Positions 1-10,947 are shown, numbered from the stretch's first letter. The stretch is DNA of 25,116 nucleotides from an uncultured Nitrososphaeraceae archaeon (GCA_963825865.1 CAWGVG010000032.1:1-25116), one strand, 5' to 3'. Translations and numbers: made by a program. The notes: generated from the letters alone by a model not told the origin.

Positions 1-375
1 TTCGTATTACTCTTTTTCTGAATAGGAGGAAGATGATCATCTTTGACTAGGAAAACTATATTGATCATAATCACGTCACATTCTAAGATATGCTAGATGT
101 AAACATTGACAGAGTGCTACTAACAAGGCTGGTACTTTTGGTTTCATTGCTTTTTGGGTCTTGTATAGGAATAAGAATGGACAGAACACTTTGCAAGCGA
201 CATATTAGATGTTATATATTGCAGCGGTGGCAATTCTGGGTTAGGTATTAGAGAGGTAACTATGGATGAGACATTAGATCTAATAATTAGGTTTATCTGC
301 CTGATTCAATATACTTAATAATAATAATAATACTTAGACTAAAGATTATGGCAAAATGAGTGATTTATTAAAAAA

Positions 376-1002
376 ATGAAAGCAGTATATATTGTAGATG
401 ATGCAAAAATTGCAAAATAACTCATTGATCCAATGCGAAGAGCTATTCTAGGTCTACTCAGGCAAAGGCCTATGACACAGGCAGGATTGGCTAATGAACT
501 GGGGTTGACAGCAGCTTCTCTTAATTATCATATCAATATACTTAGATCTAAAAAATTGGTAACTATAGCAAAGAAAGAAGTCGAAAGACATAGAATAATG
601 CAAATATTTTTCTCAACAACAGCATATCTATTTGTATACGATTTAGATTCATTGCCAAAAAGTATTGCTCGATATTTCTATCCTGTTAGCCTTGAAAGAG
701 CAAGAGCAGTAGTTGTATCTTTGCATATGTTGAATAGAAAAGTCCTGTCATCATCATCATCATCATCATCATCATCACCACAATCTTCAGTGTATACTAT
801 CGACCAGACTCCAGAATCTATTGATGCGATATCAGAAAATCTATCTCGATTTCTTGTTAAAACTGCCAAGTCTTATGAAGATAAGGTTGTTAATCATGGT
901 GATGAGAGCATTATTTATGAAATTTATTCAAAAGCATTAAGCAGTTTCCTCAAAGAGAAAAATATCAGAAACTCCCTACTAGTAAGAAAACCGACATCAT
1001 AG
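376..1002 (+). CDS. ArsR/winged-helix transcriptional regulator (premature in-frame TAA at 418-420, or a shorter start at 433)
   Basis: ATG at 376 gives MKAVYIVDDAKIAK*LIDPMRRAILGLLRQRPMTQAGLANELGLTAASLNYHINIL. The DPxRRxIL...MTxxxLAxxLGLxxxxLxYH pattern is typical of ArsR/HTH_20 proteins. Confidence 0.75.
748..777 (+). repeat. (TCA)10 trinucleotide repeat encoding poly-Ser inside the ArsR-like gene
   Basis: Ten consecutive TCA units read directly. Confidence 0.95.
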
Positions 1003-1043
1003 ACTAAGCCAGAAACCAAAATCTTGCATGTCATAACGTACTT

Positions 1044-1337
1044 TTGCTTTCAGGCGTAATTGTATCTATAGCTATTGTCACAAAGTTAATTGGCTGTGGT
1101 CTTCCTTCAATGATATTTCTAAGAAACAGGACCAAATCAATGAGAGTAGGAATTGGAATGATTTCAAGAGGAGAAGTAGGCTTAATTGTAGCAGGAGTAG
1201 GAGTGACATCGGGAGCTTTATCTGCAGATATCTATACTGCTGTAATTATAATGGTAGCAGTAACTACAATCATTACTCCTATATGGCTTAAGAAATCTTT
1301 TAAAAAGGAAGATGATATGTTGTTGTCATCATCATAG
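1044..1337 (+). pseudogene. C-terminal fragment of a cation:proton antiporter (CPA2/Na_H_Exchanger)
   Basis: TKLIGCG...VGIGMISRGEVGLIVAGVG...YTAVIIMVAVTTIITP is the CPA2 C-terminal signature. Only ~97 aa of a ~400 aa protein, with no room upstream for the rest. Confidence 0.85.
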
Positions 1338-2018
1338 TTGCTTTTATTTTCTTTATTTTTAATGTGCATTTTGGGATATGTCAAAAACACCTGCACTAAA
1401 CCATTAAAAAAAGATAGTGCCATTACAATAAAATATCGTTCAGCTTTTGCTTTTATATAGTATTGTGCACTGGAGCATTGCAAATAAGTCAGTTTGGTTA
1501 TTCCCAACTACAACTATTCAAAATGATAAAAACTGGCCTAACTGCTATTGGTGAAAGTTTCTCCCCATTTTTATTCCAGAAGAGCTGTTATACTTTGCAC
1601 GACAAAGTGTATGAGTAATTTATATGATGATGCTACTACTATTATTAAGCTAGAACGCGACAATATTGGAGGCCAACGTTCCAAAATTGATGTAATAGCT
1701 ACTATTCTTTATATTTGTCTGGAAGGTAGTAATAGGAAAGGGTAACCTAAGTGTCGTGCTGGTAGTGGTATCGTTGAGTAGAGTCTGATGTTCCATTAGT
1801 ACAAAATCAGAAGGGGCAGATGCGGCAATTCTATTTCCTAGGCCAAGAAAGGGAAATGGAAAAAATACAGAAGTATTGTATGGAGTATACTAAGGTTATC
1901 TATGTAAGAAACCAATTGTATTGTTTTCAGATAAGAGGGAAGAAATGCGAATGGTAGGTAAGTTTAAGAAATACGAATAATAGGAATAAAAACATCTTAT
2001 TAGCTAATCTTATATAGA

Positions 2019-2237
2019 TTGACATGGTTTTATTTTCATTTGTATAATAAAAAATTAACAGTATTTTGTATTGCCTTGACAGTAACATTGGTTGTAGGAG
2101 CATTATTACAATCACATCAACAAACGTTGGCGATAAAAGATCAAGTCAAGATGAAGGATAAAGAGCGTTTGAACAATCCTCCATTTCAAACCTGTAAAGG
2201 CAATGGACTTCGCACTGAATGCAAATTCAATTCTTGA
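2019..2237 (+). CDS. small putative secreted or membrane-anchored hypothetical protein
   Basis: Basic residues, a hydrophobic helix (LTVFCIALTVTLVVGALL), then a polar tail with two Cys. Confidence 0.4.
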   Translation: MTWFYFHLYNKKLTVFCIALTVTLVVGALLQSHQQTLAIKDQVKMKDKERLNNPPFQTCKGNGLRTECKFNS

Positions 2238-2311
2238 ACCATATGTGGCAAGGTTTCATGCGTCTAAAACCCAATTGGAGAGATTTAACAACCTAAAAGA
2301 ATAATGAATAG

Positions 2312-2600
2312 TTGACTGTCTACGCAATTATGTTAGTGACACAATTAGCATGAGGTACGAATTGGAAGAGCCATTTTTCGAAGAAAAAGGAAGGATTACG
2401 GCTTAGAAACAAATTGGCGGCGATAAAATACAAGTGACATTTTCATCTAATGGGACAATTAAGGGCAATATAGAAGTAACAAACAACGGAGATTTTGTAA
2501 GTGTGTCTAAAGGTAATAAGGGAACTTCAGCTCAAGGACAAGGAGTAGTGACTACAAAGGATGGTAGTGAAAAAGCAAATTATACTACAATATCAGCCAT
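2312..2600 (+). pseudogene. degraded beta-rich secreted hypothetical protein (family recalled from Nitrososphaeraceae)
   Basis: Reads ...LEEPFFEEKGRITA*KQIGGDKIQVTFSSNGTIKGNIEVTNNGDFVSVSKG...QGQGVVTTKDGSEKANYT, with internal stops, a frameshift and an apparent 3' truncation. Confidence 0.55.
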
Positions 2601-2647
2601 TGGTAAACAAGAATTAGATTACAATCGAATACTACTACTAGCTACAA

Positions 2648-3025
2648 TCAACTTCTCGAAGAAGCTGTCAGGGTTCTTCTTCTCTTATCCGTTATCGCAA
2701 TAACACTGGCATATATCAGTAAAGCCTGCAAAATATAACCCCCAATAATTAAAACAATGGTATTGACTGGTTTTACAAAGGTCATCATCATCCTATGAAT
2801 ATGGGCAGTAGTAATGCTATTGCCTATAATTATCAAGCTTGCAAGTATAATACATATGTAAAGCGGCCTTGTATAGCCTTTAGAAACAAGTACCGCCAGC
2901 CCGATGAATACAAGTTCAAGCATTATTGCTACAGGGATAAATCTCGGATCGCCAAAAGGAATTCCTACTAAGCCTACTAATACTATAGAAGTAAGAGCAA
3001 TAAGCACCAAATATTCTGGTTTCAT
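2648..3025 (-). CDS. hypothetical membrane protein (~4 TM helices)
   Basis: 125-aa ATG ORF with four hydrophobic segments. Confidence 0.75.
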   Translation of the reverse strand: MKPEYLVLIALTSIVLVGLVGIPFGDPRFIPVAIMLELVFIGLAVLVSKGYTRPLYICIILASLIIIGNSITTAHIHRMMMTFVKPVNTIVLIIGGYILQALLIYASVIAITDKRRRTLTASSRS

Positions 3026-3337
3026 TAATACTAATTCATCAATGTTACACTAATTTAGATGCAGCGAGTAATGTGTGTGCTAGAAGTCTTAATGGCATTC
3101 AACGTATGAGAAATATCTGGTAGTAGACAGAGTCATGCCTCCTATCGCAGGGGAAGAGAAAAGATATGGAGGGTCTCCATCTACCTGAGAAAATTGAGTT
3201 GCGGAGTTAATAAATAAAGGCTATCTGTCGGGACAGGGAGAGAGGAGGACTCGACTTACAAACACTCAACACAGCAAGGAGTGTACAACACCATCATAGA
3301 TAGAGTTAATTGAGATTTGAAATTAATGATTGCAAGT

Positions 3338-3730
3338 ATGCTATTGTCCTTAGACTCACGCGCTAGGCTCAATAACGGTATCGAGATTGCATACCTTGGC
3401 CTTGGAGTCTACCAGTCACCTCCCGGAAAGGTTACCCAACGCGCTGTCAGATATGCGCTGGATATTGGGTACAGGCATATTGACACTGCTCAGCTATATG
3501 GCAATGAAGAGGATGTAGGGTATGCAGTTAGAGAAAGCGGAATCAAAAGGGATGATGTCTTCATTACCACAAAGGTCTGGAACAGCTACCAGGGATATGA
3601 CTCTACCCTACAAGCATGCGAGCAGAGCTTGCGAAGACTTGGGATGACATATGTGGACCTATACCTGATACACTGGCCGGTACAAGGGATGAGTCTGGAC
3701 CCATTCATCCATGCGTTATATGAAGCATAG
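3338..3730 (+). pseudogene. aldo/keto reductase, N-terminal half only
   Basis: LNNG...[56 protein letters not shown] similarity stops at ~3700, where repeat module X begins. Confidence 0.9.
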
Positions 3731-3960
3731 GTCTAGCTATTTGATAACGATTATGTAAAAAAATGGGACCATATAGAGGCCCATCTCTCCCCATTGTCTC
3801 CTTATATTGACTTTCATTTGGTCTTGACCTTCTATTGCTTTTAACTTGCTCTTTGTCATTTGGGCCGAATTCCCTACTATTGTTACTAATCCTTGTGTAG
3901 AAACTTCTTTTGTACATCCGATAGTTCCGTTCTATCACGCTCGCTTGCTAAATCATTAAT
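3701..3960. repeat. repeat module X copy 1 (direct repeat of 14676-15016)
   Basis: CCATTCATCCATGCGTTATAT...GGGACCATATAGAGG and CTTATATTGACTTTCATTTGG...TCATTAAT are shared with copy 2. Confidence 0.95.
3711..3728. repeat. 18-bp palindromic motif copy A (ATGCGTTATATGAAGCAT)
   Basis: Read directly; one of five copies. Confidence 0.9.
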
Positions 3961-3978
3961 CGAGTACCTTCAGTAAGG

Positions 3979-4207
3979 GCGTTAAGTCATAACAGGAACA
4001 CAATATATTTGAATACTTTTCACAAGCTATCTGATGCGTTATATGGAGCATATGCTCTTTTCTACTTTAGTTTCCTGCTGTGTCTCAACCTCAGATTCCA
4101 ATCCTGCGATTTGCAGCAGGTGATGGTGGAAACAATTTGCAAGTGTTGGAGATGAAAGGAATATAGTCTGCTAGATTTTCAATAGCTGGCTGATGCTTGT
4201 CTATTTC
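3979..4207. repeat. repeat module Y copy 1 (direct repeat of 11982-12211), containing motif copy B at 4034-4051
   Basis: GCGTTAAGTCATAACAG...CTGATGCGTTATATGGAGCATATGCTC...GCTGGCTGATGCTTGTCT is nearly identical to copy 2. Confidence 0.95.
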
Positions 4208-4299
4208 ACAGACAGGAATTTATGAGCGGATATGATGTAGGGTTTAGTGCATGTGGTCATGAATCTTCTCCTGTCGCTTCAAATGTTGACCGTGGTAGA

Positions 4300-4556
4300 T
4301 AGTCCCAAGCACCTAACCTAATTCCTGAAAAAGCCATTGGATAGACTATAGATTTTATTCTCCTGTCAGGATATTCCACTAGCCTTTGTATTTCTTCTAT
4401 AGTTGGTGCTCTATCATTTGCTGCTTGCCTTCCTTTGGGTAGACCACGTGTTATCATTTTCCAATTAATAAGCTGAACGCAACTGTTCATTTCGAAAAAT
4501 AGCTTTGTAGATTTGTAATAATTTTTGATAGTTGACTCTGTGATTTCACCAAAGTC
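4300..4556 (-). pseudogene. internal fragment of a tyrosine recombinase/integrase
   Basis: GEITESTIKNYYKSTKLFFEMN...INWKMITRGLPKGRQAANDRAPTIEEIQRLVEYPDRRIKSIVYPMAFSGIRLGAWDYL. Includes the box I SGxR catalytic Arg; both ends are missing. Confidence 0.85.
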
Positions 4557-4593
4557 CATAGAAGATGTTGTAAGTTTAGTAGTAGATGGTGAG

Positions 4594-4776
4594 ATGATGC
4601 AGAATAAGTAATCACGATAATCATATTGCGCATGACTATCTAAGAGTTGTATCAACTTGGAGTGCACCTATTGTAAAAGTAGAACACAATTTGCATGCAT
4701 CAAATGTGGATATTGCTACGGAGGGAAGAAAGAGGAATTGGAAAGTTCGATCAGAGTCCATAGCAACTACTCCTAA
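4594..4776 (+). pseudogene. small Cys/His zinc-finger protein remnant, not in the ORF track
   Basis: With one frameshift it reads HDNHIAHDYLRVVST/LECTYCKSRTQFACIKCGYCY... (CxxC...CxxCxxC). Confidence 0.55.
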
Positions 4777-4937
4777 CTCTGCATTTTTAGAGAAACATTC
4801 AATTCTATATTCAGCAATAAAATCTGAATATAGAATTCGTAAATGAGAAAACTACGGTGAAAGCTAAAATAATATCCATGTTCTTCTCCGTCTTGAGTCT
4901 GTATCCATACCATTGAAGCAGACTTTTGATGCCTGCA

Positions 4938-5183
4938 GGTTTGATTCTTTTTGGGTGATGGATTATTTCCATCAAATTCCAATAATAGGAAAACCAGAAG
5001 AACATATACTAGAAGGCTGGACAGTAATATCTATACTTGTAGGCATAACAACAAAAATAAAGCCGGGAACACTTGTAACCGGTGTAATATACGAATATCA
5101 ATCAGTCTTGGCGAAAGTAGCTGCCTACGCTCGATGTACTAAGTAAGGGAAGATTATTCATTGGAATAGGAGCTGCCTGGAAC
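4938..5183 (+). pseudogene. fragment of an LLM-class (luciferase-like, probably F420-dependent) oxidoreductase
   Basis: FDSFWVMDYFHQIP...LEGWTVIS...TTKIKPGTLVTG...SVLAKVAA, then after a frameshift TLDVLSKGRLFIGIGAAWN. Confidence 0.85.
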
Positions 5184-5334
5184 ATTGTTATAGCATTGTT
5201 CATGATTGATTTTACATTGCGAAGTTCTGATAGTTCTTGCACTCAGGGACTTTGTTGTTTCTGCAATAAAGAGTAGTCCGTTCTTTACCAAATATCACTG
5301 CTTGTGTAATGAGGGGTGCTCGAGATAATTTCAG

Positions 5335-5694
5335 TCAGTATGGCATAAAGATTGTCTTGTGCGTGGCTTCTGGATGCATAGGGCATTGTGTTACGGCATT
5401 TACTCTATTTTCATACCGTCGGCCACATACTGTACATTCATAGCAGAAATCAAATTCGATTGCGCCTATTGCAGGAAAATCATTGCTTGTATACTTAGTT
5501 TTAAGCGCAAACGCATAGGTTTGAATATGGCAATTAAAACATTCTGCTATCTCTCTAGGCGGTACTCTTGCTTCTACCTCTGATTCGTTCATAATGCCCC
5601 TATGTATTACAAAGGTAGATTTACCGCACCCCGGACAAGCTAAAGTTGGACCAAACATAGGATTAACCCAATCTACTTTAAATTCTGTATCCAT
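5335..5694 (-). CDS. Cys-rich putative zinc-binding protein
   Basis: Intact 119-aa ATG ORF with CPGC, CFNC, CTVC and CPMH pairs. Confidence 0.7.
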   Translation of the reverse strand: MDTEFKVDWVNPMFGPTLACPGCGKSTFVIHRGIMNESEVEARVPPREIAECFNCHIQTYAFALKTKYTSNDFPAIGAIEFDFCYECTVCGRRYENRVNAVTQCPMHPEATHKTIFMPY

Positions 5695-6013
5695 TTTGTA
5701 TTCTATTTATAATAGCAAGACGGTAGTATAAATATAGTAAGGTTTGCATAGTACTACCTGTATGTATACTAGTAATAGTCTTACAGATATTAGAAAGAGG
5801 ACTAACCTTATACGATAGAGCAATTACTAAAAATTCTATCAGAAAGGGCTAACTCGCTGAGGCTGTTGTAGTTCCAGAATACCATATCAAGTGATATTCG
5901 AAATTTTGTAAAATCCACTTCAGCAATTCGCTGGCCTTTATAGCAACAGTAGCAAAAAACCACTAACCAACGAAAAGTAAGTAATAGCGTTAGCAACAAA
6001 ATTGTATAAACTA

Positions 6014-6582
6014 CTAACAAAAAAGAATGTCGCAGTTAGCAGGATATAACTCTGTCGGAGTGTGAATCTCACGCCATTCTCTTATCTTTTTTATCGCATA
6101 TGCATCTGCATCTGTATCGCTGGATCCTTTAGGCTTTGCACCCCACGCCCTGCCACGTTTATTATAGATGTTATTTGCTTGCCACATATGTCTATACTCG
6201 TGTGCTAAAACAAGGATTAATGCCTCTTCCCTAGATAGAATTAGAGCAGGAAGATAATAGTCACCGCTATTCTCTTTGTGTCCTCCCTCTTCACATACAG
6301 GGAATTCATTCTCATTTCTTGAGATATTTACCTCGATGCAAGTATGCTACATTTTTTCAATTACTAGGTCTAACGTAACAACAAGCTCGTCCTCTTCAGG
6401 TTTCATCTGGAAAACTCGTTGTTCTTGCATTTGGTATACTGCAGTTCCACGAAAGAAACCACTATAACCATAGTTACAATTAAGTACTGTTATATTGTTA
6501 AGCTTTGAGACTCCACTATATTTTGGCTTTACAAATCTTATCATTTCTCTAATTTTCTCGGTGTGTAGTTTTCAAGTCTCAT
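6014..6582 (-). pseudogene. HExxH zincin-type metallopeptidase (internal TAG at 6347-6349, frameshift near the start)
   Basis: Reading through the TAG of ORF 6347..6544 gives ...LSREEALILVLAHEYRHMWQ...SDTDADAYAIKKIREWR to a TAG at 6014. The ATG (6580-6582) overlaps the RadA-like stop as ATGA. Confidence 0.7.
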
Positions 6583-7409
6583 TTTTCGTAATCTTCAAAT
6601 CCCCTTTCAACTATCCCTAAAGGATGCCATCCGAAACGTCTAAGTGGACTTTTAACTAATCGCGCATCGACACTATTAGTAATAGCGCTTCTATGTACTA
6701 AATTGATGATATACGTACTAGTATAAGAAACAACTTTGCCGCCAAATGGTCTTGGATCCTTGAATTCGGATTTGGCATCGGGGGTAGACGTACTTTGATT
6801 TGTTATCACTACTGCAATGTTAGATGTTCGTGCCAAGTTACGCAACTTGTGCATGTATATATTTAGTTTCTCTGCTCTTTTTGAAAGATTAGAACGTCCA
6901 GGATATTCGGCCCTATAATGGAACATCATTGAATCTACAATTAACAATTTTATTTTTGAATTAGATTTGTTGGCAATAGAACAGGCTTCCTCAATACATA
7001 ATTCTTGTTGCTTGCTATTTTTTGGGTGTTCAACATAGATGTTCTGAAGTATATTTACCGAGTCTAACTTCCTTGCTTTGGCAATAGATTGGATTTTTTC
7101 TTCGCGAAAGGTCCCTTCAGTATCAATGTAGATAACTTGGTATGCAGAAGATAAAATAACACACAAGAAATGACAAAGATGCGTTTTGCCTGCAGTAGGT
7201 GCTCCATAGAATTGAGTTATTTCTCCCAGCTCTAATCCTCCACTCAAAAGGTCATCTAAATGTTGAGAGCCAGTAGAAAGCCGCTGTTTTCTTCTTTGTT
7301 GCTGGCTGTATAATTGATCAGCTGCTGATGTGAAGAAACTATCGTTAGTAGAAGAGACTTTATGCTGTTCATCTATTTTTCCTGAGTTCAAATCAGATCT
7401 GCTGCTCAA
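6579..7409 (-). CDS. RadA/Rad51 paralog lacking the N-terminal HhH domain
   Basis: RLSTGSQHLDDLLSGG, Walker A GAPTAGKT, YIDTEGTFR, Walker B LLIVDS, YRAEYPGR, AVVITNQ, PFGG. Confidence 0.9.
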   Translation of the reverse strand: MSSRSDLNSGKIDEQHKVSSTNDSFFTSAADQLYSQQQRRKQRLSTGSQHLDDLLSGGLELGEITQFYGAPTAGKTHLCHFLCVILSSAYQVIYIDTEGTFREEKIQSIAKARKLDSVNILQNIYVEHPKNSKQQELCIEEACSIANKSNSKIKLLIVDSMMFHYRAEYPGRSNLSKRAEKLNIYMHKLRNLARTSNIAVVITNQSTSTPDAKSEFKDPRPFGGKVVSYTSTYIINLVHRSAITNSVDARLVKSPLRRFGWHPLGIVERGFEDYEK

Positions 7410-7411
7410 GA

Positions 7412-8368
7412 TTACCCGGCTTCCTCCTCCACTACACTACTATTTGCATTCAATTTTTCTTCTAAAGCATCAGCAAGTGATTTCTTTGGATATTCCTGCT
7501 TTTCTATTCTAATTCTACTTTTACCATCTTTCCAATCTTTAGCATATGCGGTGATTAATGCATGCTCCCAACTTCCCAACTTGTATAAATTTTTTCCCCT
7601 TCATAAGTGATTAAAGCGTCAGCACCGAAATGCCACATTGTCACAATCCAATCCAGGTAATTGGGAATGATTACTACATTTGCCTGATTAATGATGTTGC
7701 CAATCTTCTATTATTCTAGATAACTTCTCTTCTACTCTTACGAGCGCGTTTGAAATCCGAATAACACCGTTGATATCTACTATTACAGGCTCATAAGAGC
7801 AGCCAATAATAACACTTACTGTGTCAGTTTTATGTACGGTTACATCTATGTTAAGTTCGCTGATGGCTATAGTTCCTAAAAATATGTCTTTGCTTAGAGA
7901 GTTGACATTATATTTGGAATTAGAAGATATGATGGACCATATCCCTTTTGCCTCAAATCTTAAACGGATATCATGTAATGCTCTTTGCCCAAGAGGAAGA
8001 TTCTGAATAATCCTATAGACTGGATCATTTGAGAGATGTCGATATCTCTGTTGGTAATGAAGAGGAGATATGAGGACCCCTGTATGGTATCCTGTCATTG
8101 GTTCTTCTGTAGACTCTTGTTCTTTGAGAGTATAGAATGCCTGAGGGGAATAACAAACAAGTTGTATTTTTCCAGCCTTAAGCATGTCTGAAATCTTATT
8201 ACGAAAAGTACCATATGCAATTGAGTAGCTTTGTCCGTCTAGCTCGAACTTAGGAACAAAGTCACAATACGAGAATGATCTATTTTCCTTTTGCAATGTC
8301 TGAGTTATTCGTTTCCACAATGCAGAATCAGAATCACTCATTATTTTTGTAGCACCTTGTTTTTGCAT
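7412..8368 (-). pseudogene. mobile-element protein with an N-terminal wHTH-like region; putative Rep_trans-like rolling-circle initiator (two frameshifts)
   Basis: ORF 7688..8368 continues after frameshifts as IPNYLDWIVTMWHFGADAL...LITAYAKDWKDGKSRIRIEKQEYPKKSLADALEEKLN to a TAA at 7412. The Rep call is inferred from the HFGxD / YxK / RxE motif order. Confidence 0.55.
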
Positions 8369-8381
8369 TACGTTTCTGAAA

Positions 8382-8483
8382 TCAGAGAAGTATGATGACG
8401 ATGATGATACTTGGCCTTTGGTTACTTATTTGCCTCAGTAACTTCCTTGTTCTTCGTTCTACAAGGATTGTTGACTTTGCCAT
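8382..8483 (-). pseudogene. ribbon-helix-helix/CopG-like remnant
   Basis: MAKSTILVERRTRKLLRQI.. fits the TIxVxxxTRxxLxx start of small archaeal RHH-like proteins; the C-terminal part looks lost. Confidence 0.45.
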
Positions 8484-8517
8484 ATGCAATATTGTGCATT
8501 CCCTATAGTAATAGATA

Positions 8518-8552
8518 TCAAGTATACTATACTATACAAGCACTATACTTGA
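8518..8552. promoter_or_regulatory. inverted repeat TCAAGTATA-N17-TATACTTGA in the divergent promoter region; candidate operator
   Basis: Perfect 9-bp arms plus several CTATA direct repeats. Confidence 0.5.
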
Positions 8553-8557
8553 AGAAA

Positions 8558-9506
8558 ATGGTAATTGATGCTGACGAATTGAAAACTATAGGTAAACGTC
8601 TTATTAATTTAGCCGGAAACGAAGTGCATGTTGAAAAAGCAATAAAGAATGACAGGACTATTTCCAGAGAATATCAGTTTTCACTCAAAGAGAAATTAGT
8701 CTTTGAATATGTAAAGGATCATCCTGGTACTACTCAAGAGAATGTAGTAGAGAATGTAAAGCAATATTCACGTGTAACTATACTGAAAACAATAGCTGAT
8801 CTAGAAAACGAAGGATTGATAGAGATCAGTAAAGACGAACACAAGCCTAAAAAGTTACCATTTATACGTTAACAGGAAAAATGTACTGGTTTCGTTAATT
8901 GAAGATCTTGATCATTTCAAAGAATCATTTTTCAATCTTATAGATGAAACAAAAGGAACTCTAAAAACTTTAAACGATAACATTAGTGTTTCAAAAAGAA
9001 TACAGGAGTACAATTTAATAGATGCTCTTCTTATGCCATATAAATGTCTGATTAATACTTGCATTATGTTCGACTTAGTCTTACGACCTAAAGAACCACT
9101 TGATATAAACATTCTTTATAAAAAGTTCGCAATAATTCTTACGGAGATACCAGAAATTCAAATTAAACTGTATGAATCAATATCTACGCCTTCAAGATTC
9201 TATCGTGAGGATGAAATTTACGCTAAAATATTTGAAAGTGGTCTACAGTCGTTAACCCAGGATAATATGTATAATATGCTTGACACTTTTGAAAAACATA
9301 ACTTAAGCAAAAGCGCCGAACAAGTATTAGATATCGTTTGGAAGATGAGTATGCCTCTCCTTCACATTGTTATCAATAGTTGTTATTCAACTTTTATACC
9401 ATCTGAGCCAGAAAGGGTAGGGGATTGGAGAAAGCTAGTGTGTCGTCCTATCTACTGGTATACACCTAAGACGACTCAAAGTTCATATGTCAAAAATTAT
9501 GAATGA
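8558..9506 (+). CDS. winged-helix DNA-binding protein with a helical C-terminal domain (one frameshift at ~8850 joins two ORFs)
   Basis: EKLVFEYVKDHPGTTQENVVENVKQYSRVTILKTIADLENEGLI is wHTH-like. The shifted frame KSYHLYVNRKNVLVSLIEDLDHFKESF... is open into ORF 9033..9506. Confidence 0.7.
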
Positions 9507-9527
9507 TTTTTTTCATCTAGTATTAAA

Positions 9528-10874
9528 TCATTCTACTGTTTTCTTTGTTAATGCTTCTGGCTTAACGTGAGCTAACAGAGGATTTTGCTGTATCATCGAC
9601 ATAATCTGTTCGTACTTTTGCTCAATATCCAGAATCTTCTTATTCTCTGCTTCTTTTATTTCATCAAAAGCTGAGGTACCAAGGGATAACTACACTTGGA
9701 ACAGTATTTATTGTCAAATCCATTTACCAATGTACAACGAGGACAGGCCAAGACTGATGGCTTTTTTTGCATTTCTGTATCAGAAATAACACCATTGTGA
9801 ATAAGGATCTGTCTTTTTAAATCATTTCCCATTCTTCTTTTTATATATCTTGAAGCCTGTCTTGAATTCATTGACCAGCGTACCTTCTTCTTAAGAGCAT
9901 AATCAGGCAGGTAATCAGAATCAGAGGTTATCGCAGAATGTCTTATACAATAAGGATTCCATTTTTTAGTTTGGATATGGTATTGAAGTTTTTCTTTTTC
10001 ACCTTTATCAGTAATTGATTTTTCTCCAATTAAACGGATTATTCTTGTTCTTAGATATTTCATCATTGTCCACATCGCCTCTGGCTTTATTGGACCACCA
10101 GTATAACTATTGCAGATTAGCCTTGTATTGGACTCATTTCTAAAAGGATGCTCATTAAGCCAATCACGTACGAATGGAAATGAACATGTCAACAATATAG
10201 GCCCAGTTCCAGTTTTTGCTTCATGAGGAATTTCTCCCTCGCCATAACGCTCTTTCAATCTTATGTGTTTAATTTTTAATAAAGTGACCTCATGATTTCT
10301 TGCATCAAGATCCCAAAATAATGTCAAAGCAGCTTTATTACGCTTCGATAGCTCGTATTTTAAAATACTTAAAAGTTCATCGCGTTCCCACAATTCTGTT
10401 TCTAAATAAGGGCTTGTTCGTTTTGTCTTCTTTTTTCTGATTTGAATAAACGAAGGTGTTTGCCAATCATAGAAAGATGAAGGATAATAATAATGAGTAT
10501 TGTTAATGTCAGTATTAGAACTTCCAGAATTTTTCTTATGATATGCATTATACAACCATCTAAAAAAATATTTTATATGGCTTAAGTAGTGATTCCAAGT
10601 AGTAATCCATCTTGTATCAGGATCTTCTTCGATGGTTTTAATTTTCGTGTCTAGAAATTTGATAATTTGCTCGTCCTTTTTGAATATCAAAAAAAGTAAT
10701 ATTAGAATTAATATAATTTGCAAAGTTCATGATAGCTTTAAGATTATTATTTATGTGTTTTTCAGAGGCACCAGTATTTTTCAAATATTCATAGAAGTCT
10801 TGGATTAGAGCTACATTAGTAGAATTACCTATCAAAGAGATTTTGTTAACCGTTGTAGACAACTTGACTGGCAT
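9528..10874 (-). CDS. tyrosine recombinase/integrase with an N-terminal core-binding domain and a C-terminal zinc ribbon (frameshifts at ~10680 and ~9675)
   Basis: DLDARNHEV (R), AKTG (K), PYCIRHS, VRWS, SRYI (Y), CPRC..CSKC. The shifted tail SAFDEIKEAENKK...IQQNPLLAHVKPEAL ends in TGA at 9528. Confidence 0.9.
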
Positions 10875-10947
10875 CTATTAATTAAATCCTCCTCCTTTAT
10901 TCTTGGTTTGTAATTTCTTCAACTAGTATATGAACCCGTTATGTAAG

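Noticed and set aside
1-300. Possible gene remnants at the window start (e.g. MTRKTILIIITSHSK, DJ-1/PfpI-like start)
   Set aside because: Too short and stop-ridden to support a call.
3705-3938. 77-aa minus-strand ORF in module X
   Set aside because: The frame is interrupted by a stop in the second copy.
6347-6349. Stop-codon recoding (TAG read-through) suggested by in-frame stops near a release-factor gene
   Set aside because: Premature stops include TAA, TAG and TGA and co-occur with frameshifts; aRF1 motifs look canonical; no pyl machinery was seen.
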